In this document: one piece after another, positions 48,701 to 61,781 of the stretch
Layout of the letters: each line of letters starts with the position of its first letter
Numbering within the stretch: position 1 is the stretch's first letter
NCBI GenBank assembly: GCA_963920595.1
Contig: OY986946.1
Span: 62,001-126,000 of the forward strand
DNA: 64,000 nucleotides
Reading direction: 5' to 3'
DNA from: Eimeria praecox
Lineage: Eukaryota
Notes under the pieces: generated by a model
Seen by the model: only the letters and a program-made list of their open reading frames with translations
Told to the model about the DNA's origin: nothing
Databases searched by the model: none
Made by a program: the position numbers and the translations under genes

Positions 48701-51700
48701 AGATACACCGATGCTTGTCATCAAGTAAGCTGAAACCTATCCACACCCAAGACCGCGCCGAGCAGACATTCTTGGTTCCAGCTGCGTACTTCCTGAGAGC
48801 ACCAGTGCTCGCTTGTACTGTTACCAAAGGCCTTGCCGCATCTAGCCCCTGCAGGCGCGCACACAGACTACAGAACCATACGATGCTCACACGTGCAGGC
48901 CCGATAGCTCTTTGCCAAACTATGCGAATATACCAATCTGCGAACGTAGGTATATTTGGTCAGCACAGCGAGACTAAGCGAAAGCTTGACGCGAATTGCC
49001 AGACGATGCAGCTGGGTGCCCGGGGCGTGTTTTTCGGTGTTTGCCGCATCCTTCTGCAAGAACAACGGTGCGTGTAGACGTTGCAGACATTCTGGAGACA
49101 TTAAGCGCGTGCAGGCCCAGCGTCCGCTTCCCGTTTTCCTCTGTTGCACTGCTATCAGTTGCTTGCTGTGAAATTCCAAGCTCGAACGAAAAGGAGCACC
49201 ACAGTCATAGGGCCAACCTGCCACACACAAAAAGCAAGCTAAGTATTCTTGCCAGTGAAGAAACATCCACCTGCGTTGCTTGCTCCCCGTTCGTCTGTGT
49301 TATCCAGTGGCTGCCCAACGAGTTCCGGGTTCTGCTATTTGTTACGCAGGCGCCAAGCGGACGTACATAACTTGTGTCCTTGGCGCCTTCGGGGGCTGCT
49401 CGGCATTCGCTATTCTTGTCGTTCCAGAACAACAGCCATCACACATAACCCAGCTGACCCTCAATGCTATGGAGCCTTTAGCGCACGCTCCAAGCCCCCG
49501 CGTAGTTACAGCACTCTCCAACCACATATGGCTTTCACATATACCGCCTCGTCAATTAGCTGATGTCATCTACCAAGCGACACTCCGTCTGGGAAATGCA
49601 GGTCGCTTTTCCCAACCCAGCATGCCTGTAATAGCCAACGTCAAACAAGGTTATAGCCACAAGAGGGCCCTACAGCTCCTCTACGTGCAGCTCCAGAAAT
49701 CTACAAGCGCCTATAGGCGCACCCGTGCCTCGCCTAAGAAGGCGTCAATGGCAGCAACTTGACCAATCGCGTCAAGAAGATGAAATTTCGTTGTACCCAT
49801 TAGACAGACTGAAAACTGTTCGAGCTCAGAACGCTTTGTTTCTTCGCAGCCCTGGGAGCTAACCATGTGCTTACTCTCTGGCAAGACCAGCACGTGATCG
49901 CAATTTCAGAGAAGGCTACTCTGCACTAAACCCGTCAGCGCACTTAGGAGAAATACCCAATTTTATGATGCGCACGCATGCAGAAGCCCTAACTCTTAGC
50001 CATACATTGCGTATACATCTATGGGCTGGAGGAGCTGCTTTCAACGAGGCCAACCGAGCCAAGCCAAAGCTTAATACCAAATTCAAAACGATGCGGCTGG
50101 CTGCACCCGAAGGGTCCTTCTCAAGTTGTTCGCTTCTGCTCAGAAAGCCAACCCAGCACGTTTCGGAGGTATCCAGCGCATGCAAAGTGAAGGCCTGCAT
50201 ATTGCGTGCCTCTGACTAGCATCTGGAGTGCTGCGAACAGTGTCGTACGAGGTGTCAAGCTCGAACGAAAATGAGCGACATGCTTGTAGGCGGCACGCAT
50301 TGAGGACGCACCAAAGTTCAGTTACTCTAGCCATACGGCAAGCATCAACCGTCGCTAGAGGTTTGGCTTCCTTTTGTATTACCCGGTGCTGTGGAATGCG
50401 TTACAGATTCCGCGTTATTTTTTGCAAGCGCCATGAACGTTTACACATGCCATGCTGCCCGCGGCGTCGGAAGCGGTCCGCGCTTTGCTACTCTACCCTT
50501 CCACCGAACAACGCCAACAAATATGGCCTAGCCAATCGCCGACATCATTTGCTATATCTGCCCTGTCTGACAAAAGCATATCGCGTATCAAAAGACCCTG
50601 CTACAGTAGGGGCTAAAGAGGCTCAGTGATAATGCAAAACGAATTCCTACTTCTCATAAGGCAAATCTATTACTCTGCCCACAGACGCATACGCATCAAT
50701 TCTTGTCATCAGTCGCAACTGTAACAGTATCAAGGGAAGTGACAAATGTATAAACTTGCTACTGCGTGCACACTTCCTGCAAGAACAGAGAGCAATAGGA
50801 ACAGCGGAAGAGGCTTTGCAACACCGTGAGAATACGTACTTGCAAACAAGCTACGCAGACCACGATGAACACTCATGGGAGCTCGCTAACTTTCCGCCCA
50901 ATAGTGCACATACTCCTACATGCAAACAAAGCTGATTTCAACCAGCACAAGCAAACGACGCCCACGCTCACCACCAACCACAAAAATGCTCATTGCATTT
51001 GACTTACCTTGTGTTCTCATCGAGTTGCTTCCTGCTGACAGACCACCGGTGATACGGAAGTTTAGCTGTTAGGAAGGTATAGCACTCACGTGGATTAAGG
51101 GGCTTCATAGCAATCGCCCCCCATTAGTGAATGGCGCTACCAGCTGGTGGCTGGGAGACTGCGGCCTTGAGGGAATACCAGCAACACATTTGGAGGCCCC
51201 GCCTACTTCAAACGCAAAACAGGTTAAATACTCTTGATAAACCAGAATGACAAGCCTTCACTACGAGTTCCACCTTATGTGCTACTTAATAGCTTTACGT
51301 GGGCTGCCGTTTTGACATCCTCTTGTGCAAGCGCCCGTCCGGATCTACGCAAGCACAGTGTTCGAGTGTTGGCCGGCCCATAAGGGCCATACGGGCCCTT
51401 CCCTGTTCCCACTCTCCGCGGCAGAGCTGCTGTTACACATCCCCGGAGTACACACCAATAATACTGAACCGGTGTAGCACAAGTCATCGAGTTAGCACGG
51501 TTTCCTCCTTCCACGTGTTGTGCTGCACATCTACTGTCCCATCGATTCACTCACATCGCTTGTACTGAAAGACCCTGCCCCGCAAGCGCAGGTCACGTAT
51601 CGAAACTCCTCGCTCCAGTAAAACCCCAAAGAAACCATGGCTGAAACAACGCGAATTCGCGCTTCTTCTACCACTGCATCTCCCCGAATATGCGTGCATG

Positions 51701-54700
51701 CAGATACACCGATGCTTGTCATCAAGTAAGCTGAAACCTATCCACACCCAAGACCGCGCCGAGCTGACACCTTTGTTTCTAGCTGCGTACTTCCTGAGAG
51801 CACCAGTGCTCGCTTGTACTGTTACCAAAGGCCTTGCCGCATCTAGCCCCTGCAGGCGCGCACACAGACTACAGAACCATACGATGCTCACACGTGCAGG
51901 CCCGATAGCTCTTTGCCAAACTATGCGAATATACCAATCTGCGAACGTAGGTATATTTGGTCAGCACAGCGAGACTAAGCGAAAGCTTGACGCGAATTGC
52001 CAGACGATGCAGCTGGGTGCCCGGGGCGTGTTTTTCGGTGTTTGCCGCATCCTTCTGCAAGAACAACGGTGCGTGTAGACGTTGCAGACATTCTGGAGAC
52101 ATTAAGCGCGTGCAGGCCCAGCGTCCGCTTCCCGTTTTCCTCTGTTGCACTGCTATCAGTTGCTTGCTGTGAAATTCCAAGCTCGAACGAAAAGGAGTAC
52201 CACAGTCATAGGGCCAACCTGCCACACACAAAAAGCAAGCTAAGTATTCTTGCCAATGAAGAAACATCCACCTGCGTTGCTTGTTCCCCGTTCGTCTGTG
52301 TTATCCAGTGGCTGCCCAACGAGTTCCGGGTTCTGCTATTTGTTACGCAGGCGCCAAGCGGACGTACATAACTTGTGTCCTTGGCGCCTTCGGGGGCTGC
52401 TCGGCATTCGCTATTCTTGTCGTTCCAGAACAACAGCCATCACACATAACCCAGCTGACCCTCAATGCTACGGAGCCTTTAGCGCACGCTCCAAGCCCCC
52501 GCATAGTTACAGCACTCTCCAACCACATATGGCTTTCACATATACCGCCTCGTCAATTAGCTGATGTCATCTACCAAGCGATACTCCGTCTGGGAAATGC
52601 AGATCGCTTTTCCCAACCCAGCATCCCTGTAATAGCCAACGTCAAACAAGGTTATAGCCACAGGAGGGCCCTACAGCTCCTCTACGTGCAGCTCCAGAAA
52701 TCTACAAGCGCCTATACGCGCACCCATGCCTCGCCTAAGAAGGCGTCAATGGCAGCAACTTGACCAATCGCGTCAAGAAGATGAAATTTCGTTGTACCCA
52801 TTAGACAGGCTGAAAACTGTTCGAGCACAGAACGCTTTGTTTCTTCGCAGCCCTGGGAGCTAACCATGTGCTTACTCTCTGGCAAGACCAGCACGTGATC
52901 GCAATTTCAGAGAAGGCTACTCTGCACTAAACCCGTCAGCGCACTTAGGAGAAATACCCAATTGCATGATGCGCACGCATGCAGAAGCCCTAACTCTTAG
53001 CTATACATTGCGTATACATCTATGGGCTGGAGGAGCTGCTTTCAACGAGGCCAACCGAGCCAAGCCAAAGCTTAATACCAAATTCAAAACGATGCGGCTG
53101 GCTGCACCCGAAGGGTCCTTCTCAAGTTGTTCGCTTCTGCTCAGAAAGCCAACCCAGCACGTTTCGGAGGTATCCAGCGCATGCAAAGTGAAGGCCTGCA
53201 TATTCCGTGCCTCTGACTAGCATCTGGAGTGCTGCGAACAGTGTCGTACGAGGTGTCAAGCTCGAACGAAAATGAGCGACATGCTTGTAGGCGGCACGCA
53301 TTGAGGACTCACCAAAGTTCAGTTACTCTAGCCATACGGCAAGCATCAACCGTCGCTAGAGGTTTGGCTTCCTTTTGTATTACCCGGTGCTGTGGAATGC
53401 GTTACAGATTCCGCGTTATTTTTTGCAAGCGCCATGAACGTTTACACATGCCATGCTGCCCGCGGCGTCGGAAGCGGTCCGCGCTTTGCTACTCTACCCT
53501 TCCACCGAACAACGCCAACAAATATGGCCTAGCCAATCGCCGACATCATTTGCTATATCTGCCCTGTCTGACAAAAGCATATCGCGTATCAAAAGACCCT
53601 GCTACAGTAGGGGCTAAAGAGGCTCAGTGATAATGCAAAACGAATTCCTACTTCTCATAAGGCAAATCTATTACTCTGCCCACAGATGCATACGCATCAA
53701 TTCTTGTCATCAGTCGGAACTGTAACAGTATCAAGGGAAGTGACAAATGTATAAACTTGCTACTGCGTGCACACTTCCTGCAAGAACAGAGAGCAATAGG
53801 AACAGCGGAAGAGGCTTTGCAACACCGTGAGAATACTTACTTGCAAACAAGCTACGCAGACCGCGATGCACACTCATGGGAGCTCGCTAACTTTCCGCCC
53901 AATAGTGCACATACTCCTACATGCAAACAAAGCTGATTTCAACCAGCACAAGCAAACGACGCCCACGCTCACCACCAACCACAAAAATGCTCATTGCATT
54001 TGACTTACCTTGTGTTCTCATCGAGCTGCTTCCTGCTGACAGACCACCGGTGATACGGAAGTTTAGCTGTTAGGAAGGTATAGCACTCACGTGGATTAAG
54101 GGGCTTCATAGCAATCGCCCCCCATTAGTGAATGGCGCTACCATCTGGTGGCTGGGAGACTGCGGCCTTGAGGGAATACCAGCAACACATTTGGAGGCCC
54201 CGCCTACTTCAAACGCAAAACAGGTTAAATACTCTTGATAAACCAGAATGACAAGCCTTCACTACGAGTTCCACCTTATGTGCTACTTAATAGCTTTACG
54301 TGGGCTGCCGTTTTGACATCCTCTTGTGCAAGCGCCCGTCCGGATCTACGCAAGCACAGTGTTCGAGTGTTGGCCGGCCCATAAGGGCCATACGGGCCCT
54401 TCCCTGTTCCCACTCTCCGCGGCAGAGCTGCTGTTACACATCCCCGGAGTACACACCAATAATACTGAACCGGTGTAGCACAAGTCATCGAGTTAGCACG
54501 GTTTCCTCCTTCCACGTGTTGTGCTGCACATCTACTGTCCCATCGATTCACTCACATCGCTTGTACTGAAAGACCCTGCCCCGCAAGCGCAGGTCACGTA
54601 TCGAAACTCCTCGCTCCAGTAAAACCCCAAAGAAACCATGGCTGAAACAACGCGAATTCGCGCTTCTTCTAGCACTGCATCTCCCCAAATATGCGCGCAT

Positions 54701-55533
54701 GCAGATACATCGATGCTTGTCATCAAGTAAGCTGAAACCTATCCACACCCAAGACCGCGCCGAGCTGACACTTTTGTTTCTAGCTGCGTACTTTCTGGGA
54801 GCACCAGTGCTCGCTTGTACTGTTACCAAAGGCCTTGCCGCATCTAGCCCCTGCAGGCGCGCACACAGACTACAGAACCATACGATGCTCACACGTGCAG
54901 GCCCGATAGCTCTTTGCCAAACTATGCGAATATACCAATCTGCGAACGTAGGTATATTTGGTCAGCACAGCGAGACTAAGCGAAAGCTTGACGCGAATTG
55001 CCAGACGATGCAGCTGGGTGCCCGGGGCGTGTTTTTCGGTGTTTGCCGCATCCTTCTGCAAGAACAACGGTGCGTGTAGACGTTGCAGACATTCTGGAGA
55101 CATTAAGCGCGTGCAGGCCCAGCGTCCGCTTCCCGTTTTCCTCTGTTGCACTGCTATCAGTTGCTTGCTGTGAAATTCCAAGCTCGAACGAAAAGGAGTA
55201 CCACAGTCATAGGGCCAACCTGCCACACACAAAAAGCAAGCTAAGTATTCTTGCCAATGAAGAAACATCCACCTGCGTTGCTTGTTCCCCGTTCGTCTGT
55301 GTTATCCAGTGGCTGCCCAACGAGTTCCGGGTTCTGCTATTTGTTACGCAGGCGCCAAGCGGACGTACATAACTTGTGTCCTTGGCGCCTTCGGGGGCTG
55401 CTCGGCATTCGCTATTCTTGTCGTTCCAGAACAACAGCCATCACACATAACCCAGCTGACCCTCAATGCTACGGAGCCTTTAGCGCACGCTCCAAGCCCC
55501 CGCGTAGTTACAGCACTCTCCAACCACATATGG

Positions 55534-57573
55534 CTTTCACATATACCGCCTCGTCAATTAGCTGATGTCATCTACCAAGCGATACTCCGTCTGGGAAATG
55601 CAGATCGCTTTTCCCAACCCAGCATCCCTGTAATAGCCAACGTCAAACAAGGTTATAGCCACAGGAGGGCCCTAAGCTCCTCTACGTGCAGCTCCAGAAA
55701 TCTACAAGCGCCTATAGGCGCACCCGTGCCTCGCCTAAGAAGGCGTCAATGGCAGCAACTTGACCAATCGCGTCAAGAAGATGAACTTTCGTTGTACCCA
55801 TTAGACAGACTGAAAACTGTTCGAGCACAGAACGCTTTGTTTCTTCGCAGCCCTGGGAGCTAACCATGTGCTTACTCTCTGGCAAGACCAGCACGTGATC
55901 GCAATTTCAGAGAAGGCCACTCTGCACTAAACCCGTCAGGGCACTTAAGCCAACGATCCACAGACGCGCCGCGAAGCACGAACGGGCCCGCGCAGCTCTG
56001 ACCGACGATGAACACACTGGCGCTATACACTCAGTCCTCATAGCCAGCCCTTTCCCCGAAGTTACGGATCCATTTTACCGACTTCCTTTATCTACGTTCT
56101 TCTATCGACCAGGGGCTGCTAACCCTGGAGACATGAACCGGTTAATGGTACGGCCAGGGGTGTAAATAACACCTTTCCCCCCTCTTTTCAAGGTCCGTCA
56201 GAAGCGCACCAGATTCCCTGCAAGCCAGGAAGCTTTATCAACCAGTCACCCCTATCTCCAGATAACCTGGTTCCAGGGTAAGCTACTAAAGAGGTTGGTA
56301 AAAAGCAAAAACAACGCTTCGCGGGGCTCCCGCCTGCGTCGAGGATTTCATTCACGTTACTGTGCAGTATCCGCGTCCTGGCTCAGGACTATTATCCTGA
56401 TTCCCTTTCGCGAAATACGAGGGCAATAAAGCCCCGCAATTCCCGCAGTCAAGCGTTCGCTTAGGACAGGCTAAGCCATGTCCAGTTGCTGCTCACTTGG
56501 AGCCCTTCTTCACTTCAGTCTTCAAAGTTCTCATTTGCATATTTGCTACTGCCACCAAGATCTGCACTAGAGACCGTTCCATACAGGCTCACGCCCAATG
56601 CTTCGCTACCATCCCCACGTCTTCCTACTCATTATCGCAAAAGGTCCAGTGCTAAAAATTTGCAATAATGGCCTGGTATCGGCAGCTGCCTGTAGCGCCA
56701 TCCATTTTCAGGGCTGGTTCATTCGGCAGGTAAGTTGTTACACCCTTCTGCACTTACATTTCGACCCCCATGACCACCGTCCTGCTGTAAAAAATGAACC
56801 ATCACCTTGTATGGTGTCTGATGAGCGAAACTTTACGCGCCTTAATAAAGCGTTAGAAGAATCCCTCATCCCCAGTTCTGCTTGCCGAAAATCGCCCACT
56901 TTGAGTTCATATTAACTCCAGCAGTTCAAGGAAGTAACCACTGGATCTTACCCATTTAACCTTTGAGAATAGGTCGAGGGCAACGCTGACCGGAGGCCTC
57001 TAATCATTCGCTTTACCTGATGAAACTAACTGAACTCCAGTCCAGCTATCCTGAGAGGCACCTCGGAAGAAACCAGATGTCAGACGGTTCGATTAGTCTT
57101 TTGCCCCTATATCCAACTTTAACGAACGATTTGCAAGTCAGTATCGCTACGACCTTCTTTCATATATACCGCGTCGTCAATTAGCTGATGTCATCTATCG
57201 AGCGATACTCCGTCTGGGAAATGCAGATCGCTTTTCCCAACCCAGCATGCCTGTAATAGCCAACGTAAAACAAGGTTATAGCCACAGGAGCGCCCTACAG
57301 CTCCTCTACGTGCAGCTCCAGAAATCTACAAGCGCCTATACGCGCACCCATGCCTCGTCTAAGAAGGCGTCAATGGCAGCAACTTGACCAATCGCGTCAA
57401 GAAGATGAAATTTCGTTGTACCCATTAGACAGGCTGAAAACTGTTCGAGCACAGAACGCTTTGTTTCTTCGCAGCCCTGGGAGCTAACCATGTGCTTACT
57501 CTCTGGCAAGACCAGCACGTGATCGCAATTTCAGAGAAGGCTACTCTGCACTAAACCCGTCAGCGCACTTAGG
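55534..57573. repeat. ~415-bp direct duplication of host sequence bracketing the rRNA fragment (55534-55949 and 57157-57573)
   Basis: After the insert the host resumes at CTTTCA(C/T)ATATACCGC, about 415 bp upstream of the left junction. ORF 55712 recurs at 57336 (offset 1624). The same arrangement surrounds the second insert. Confidence 0.93.
55950..57156 (-). pseudogene. Decayed internal fragment (1207 bp) of eukaryotic LSU (28S) rRNA
   Basis: Plus strand reads as antisense LSU: CCCGAAGTTACGGATCCATTTT (~56055), LR7-like site TACTGCCACCAAGATCT (56547-56563), AGCGCCATCCATTTTCAGGGCT, TCTAATCATTCGCTTTACC, LR5-like site TCCTGAGAGGCACCTCG (57049-57065; 4 mismatches to TCCTGAGGGAAACTTCG), GGTTCGATTAGTCTTT. 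Truncated at both ends; no 18S or 5.8S seen. Confidence 0.95.
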
Positions 57574-60500
57574 AGAAATACCCAATTGCATGATGCGCAC
57601 GCATGCAGAAGCCCTAACTCTTAGCTATACATTGCGTATACATCTATGGGCTGGAGGAGCTGCTTTCAACGAGGCCAACCGAGCCAAGCCAAAGCTTAAT
57701 ACCAAATTCAAAACGATGCGGCTGGCTGCACCCGAAGGGTCCTTCTCAAGTTGTTCGCTTCTGCTCAGAAAGCCAACCCAGCACGTTTCGGAAGTATCCA
57801 GCGCATGCAAAGTGAAGGCCTGCATATTCCGTGCCTCTGACTAGCATCTGGAGTGCTGCGAACAGTGTCGTACGAGGTGTCAAGCTCGAACGAAAATGAG
57901 CGACATGCTTGTAGGCGGCACGCATTGAGGACTCACCAAAGTTCAGTTACTCTAGCCATACGGCAAGCATCAACCGTCGCTAGAGGTTTGGCTTCCTTTT
58001 GTATTACCCGGTGCTGTGGAATGCGTTACAGATTCCGCGTTATTTTTTGCAAGCGCCATGAACGTTTACACATGCCATGCTGCCCGCGGCGTCGGAAGCG
58101 GTCCGCGCTTTGCTACTCTACCCTTCCACCGAACAACGCCAACAAATATGGCCTAGCCAATCGCCGACATCATTTGCTATATCTGCCCTGTCTGACAAAA
58201 GCATATCGCGTATCAAAAGACCCTGCTACAGTAGGGGCTAAAGAGGCTCAGTGATGATGCAAAACGAATTCCTACTTCTCATAAGGCAAATCTATTACTC
58301 TGCCCACAGATGCATACGCATCAATTCTTGTCATCAGTCGCAACTGTAACAGTATCAAGGGAAGTGACAAATGTATAAACTTGCTACTGCGTGCACACTT
58401 CCTGCAAGAACAGAGAGCAATAGGAACAGCGGAAGAGGCTTTGCAACACCGTGAGAATACTTACTTGCAAACAAGCTACGCAGACCGCGATGCACACTCA
58501 TGGGAGCTCGCTAACTTTCCGCCCAATAGTGCACATACTCCTACATGCAAACAAAGCTGATTTCAACCAGCACAAGCAAACGACGCCCACGCTCACCACC
58601 AACCACAAAAATGCTCATTGCATTTGACTTACCTTGTGTTCTCATCGAGCTGCTTCCTGCTGACAGACCACCGGTGATACGGAAGTTTAGCTGTTAGGAA
58701 GGTATAGCACTCACGTGGATTAAGGGGCTTCATAGCAATCGCCCCCCATTAGTGAATGGCGCTACCAGCTGGTGGCTGGGAGACTGCGGCCTTGAGGGAA
58801 TACCAGCAACACATTTGGAGGCCCCGCCTACTTCAAACGCAAAACAGGTTAAATACTCTTGATAAACCAGAATGACAAGCCTTCACTACGAGTTCCACCT
58901 TATGTGCTACTTAATAGCTTTACGTGGGCTGCCGTTTTGACATCCTCTTGTGCAAGCGCCCGTCCGGATCTACGCAAGCACAGTGTTCGAGTGTTGGCCG
59001 GCCCATAAGGGCCATACGGGCCCTTCCCTGTTCCCACTCTCCGCGGCAGAGCTGCTGTTACACATCCCCGGAGTACACACCAATAATACTGAACCGGTGT
59101 AGCACAAGTCATCGAGTTAGCACGGTTTCCTCCTTCCACGTGTTGTGCTGCACATCTACTGTCCCATCGATTCACTCACATCGCTTGTACTGAAAGACCC
59201 TGCCCCGCAAGCGCAGGTCACGTATCGAAACTCCTCGCTCCAGTAAAACCCCAAAGAAACCATGGCTGAAACAACGCGAATTCGCGCTTCTTCTAGCACT
59301 GCATCTCCCCAAATATGCGCGCATGCAGATACACCGATGCTTGTCATCAAGTAAGCTGAAACCTATCCACACCCAAGACCGCGCCGAGCTGACACTTTTG
59401 TTTCTAGCTGCGTACTTTCTGGGAGCACCAGTGCTCGCTTGTACTGTTACCAAAGGCCTTGCCGCACCTAGCCCCTGCAGGCGCGCACACAGACTACAGA
59501 ACCATACGATGCTCACACGTGCAGGCCCGATAGCTCTTTGCCAAACTATGCGAATATACCAATCTGCGAACGTAGGTATATTTGGTCAGCACAGCGAGAC
59601 TAAGCGAAAGCTTGACGCGAATTGCCAGACGATGCAGCTGGGTGCCCGGGGCGTGTTTTTCGGTGTTTGCCGCATCCTTCTGCAAGAACAACGGTGCGTG
59701 TAGACGTTGCAGACATTCTGGAGACATTAAGCGCGTGCAGGCCCAGCGTCCGCTTCCCGTTTTCCTCTGTTGCACTGCTATCAGTTGCTTGCTGTGAAAT
59801 TCCAAGCTCGAACGAAAAGGAGTACCACAGTCATAGGGCCAACCTGCCACACACAAAAAGCAAGCTAAGTATTCTTGCCAATGAAGAAACATCCACCTGC
59901 GTTGCTTGTTCCCCGTTCGTCTGTGTTATCCAGTGGCTGCCCAACGAGTTCCGGGTTCTGCTATTTGTTACGCAGGCGCCAAGCGGACGTACATAACTTG
60001 TGTCCTTGGCGCCTTCGGGGGCTGCTCGGCATTCGCTATTCTTGTCGTTCCAGAACAACAGCCATCACACATAACCCAGCTGACCCTCAATGCTACGGAG
60101 CCTTTAGCGCACGCCCCAAGCCCCCGCGTAGTTACAGCACTCTCCAACCACATATGGCTTTCACATATACCGCCTCGTCAATTAGCTGATGTCATCTACC
60201 AAGCCATACTCCGTCTGGGAAATGCAGATCGCTTTTCCCAACCCAGCATCCCTGTAATAGCCAACGTAAAACAAGGTTATAGCCACAGGAGCGCCCTACA
60301 GCTCCTCTACGTGCAGCTCCAGAAATCTACAAGCGCCTATAGGCGCACCCGTGCCTCGCCTAAGAAGGCGTCAATGGCAGCAACTTGACCAATCGCGTCA
60401 AGAAGATGAAATTTCGTTGTACCCATTAGACAGGCTGAAAACTGTTCGAGCACAGAACGCTTTGTTTCTTCGCAGCCCTGGGAGCTAACCATGTGCTTAC

Positions 60501-60574
60501 TCTCTGGCAAGACCAGCACGTGATCGCAATTTCAGAGAAGGCCACTCTGCACTAAACCCGTCAGCGCACTTAGG

Positions 60575-61781
60575 CCAACGATCCACAGACGCGCCGCGAA
60601 GCACGAACGGGCCCGCGCAGCTCTGACCGACGATGAACACACTGGCACTATACACTCAGTCCTCATAGCCAGTCCTTTCCCCGAAGTTACGGATCCATTT
60701 TACCGACTTCCTTTATCTACGTTCTTCTATCGACCAGGGGCTGCTAACCCTGGAGACATGAACCGGTTAATGGTACGGCCAGGGGTGTAAATAACACCTT
60801 TCCCCCCTCTTTTCAAGGTCCGTCAGAAGCGCACCAGATTCCCTGCAAGCCAGGAAGCTTTATCAACCAGTCACCCCTATCTCCAGATAACCTGGTTCCA
60901 GGGTAAGCTACTAAAGAGGTTGGTAAAAAGCAAAAACAACGCTTCGCGGGGCTCCCGCCTGCGTCGAGGATTTCATTCACGTTACTGTGCAGTATCCGCG
61001 TCCTGGCTCAGGACTATTATCCTGATTCCCTTTCGCGAAATACGAGGGCAATAAAGCCCCGCAATTCCCGCAGTCAAGCGTTCGCTTAGGACAGGCTAAG
61101 CCATGTCCAATTGCTGCTCACTTGGAGCCCTTCTTCACTTCAGTCTTCAAAGTTCTCATTTGCATATTTGCTACTGCCACCAAGATCTGCACTAGAGACC
61201 GTTCCATACAGGCTCACGCCCAATGCTTCGCTACCATCCCCACGTCTTCCTACTCATTATCGCAAAAGGTCCAGTGCTAAAAATTTGCAATAATGGCCTG
61301 GTATCGGCAGCTGCCTGTAGCGCCATCCATTTTCAGGGCTGGTTCATTCGGCAGGTAAGTTGTTACACCCTTCTGCACTTACATTTCGACCCCCATGACC
61401 ACCGTCCTGCTGTAAAAAATGAACCATCACCTTGTATGGTGTCTGATGAGCGAAACTTTACGCGCCTTAATAAAGCGTTAGAAGAATCCCTCATCCCCAG
61501 TTCTGCTTGCCGAAAATCGCCCACTTTGAGTTCATATTAACTCCAGCAGTTCAAGGAAGTAACCACTGGATCTTACCCATTTAACCTTTGAGAATAGGTC
61601 GAGGGCAACGCTGACCGGAGGCCTCTAATCATTCGCTTTACCTGATGAAACTAACTGAACTCCAGTCCAGCTATCCTGAGAGGCACCTCGGAAGAAACCA
61701 GATGTCAGACGGTTCGATTAGTCTTTTGCCCCTATATCCAACTTTAACGAACGATTTGCAAGTCAGTATCGCTACGACCTT
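60575..61781 (-). pseudogene. Second copy of the decayed 28S rRNA fragment (1207 bp)
   Basis: Near-identical to 55950-57156 at offset 4625, with the same junctions (TTAGG|CCAACGATCC ... GACCTT|CTTTCATATA). Confidence 0.95.

Noticed and set aside
55534..57573. LTR element (direct repeats around an internal region)
   Set aside because: The direct repeats are ordinary host satellite sequence without TG..CA ends, primer-binding site or polypurine tract, and the interior is rRNA.
55950..61781. Functional rDNA array
   Set aside because: Only an internal LSU fragment with mutated conserved sites is present; no SSU, ITS or 5.8S.
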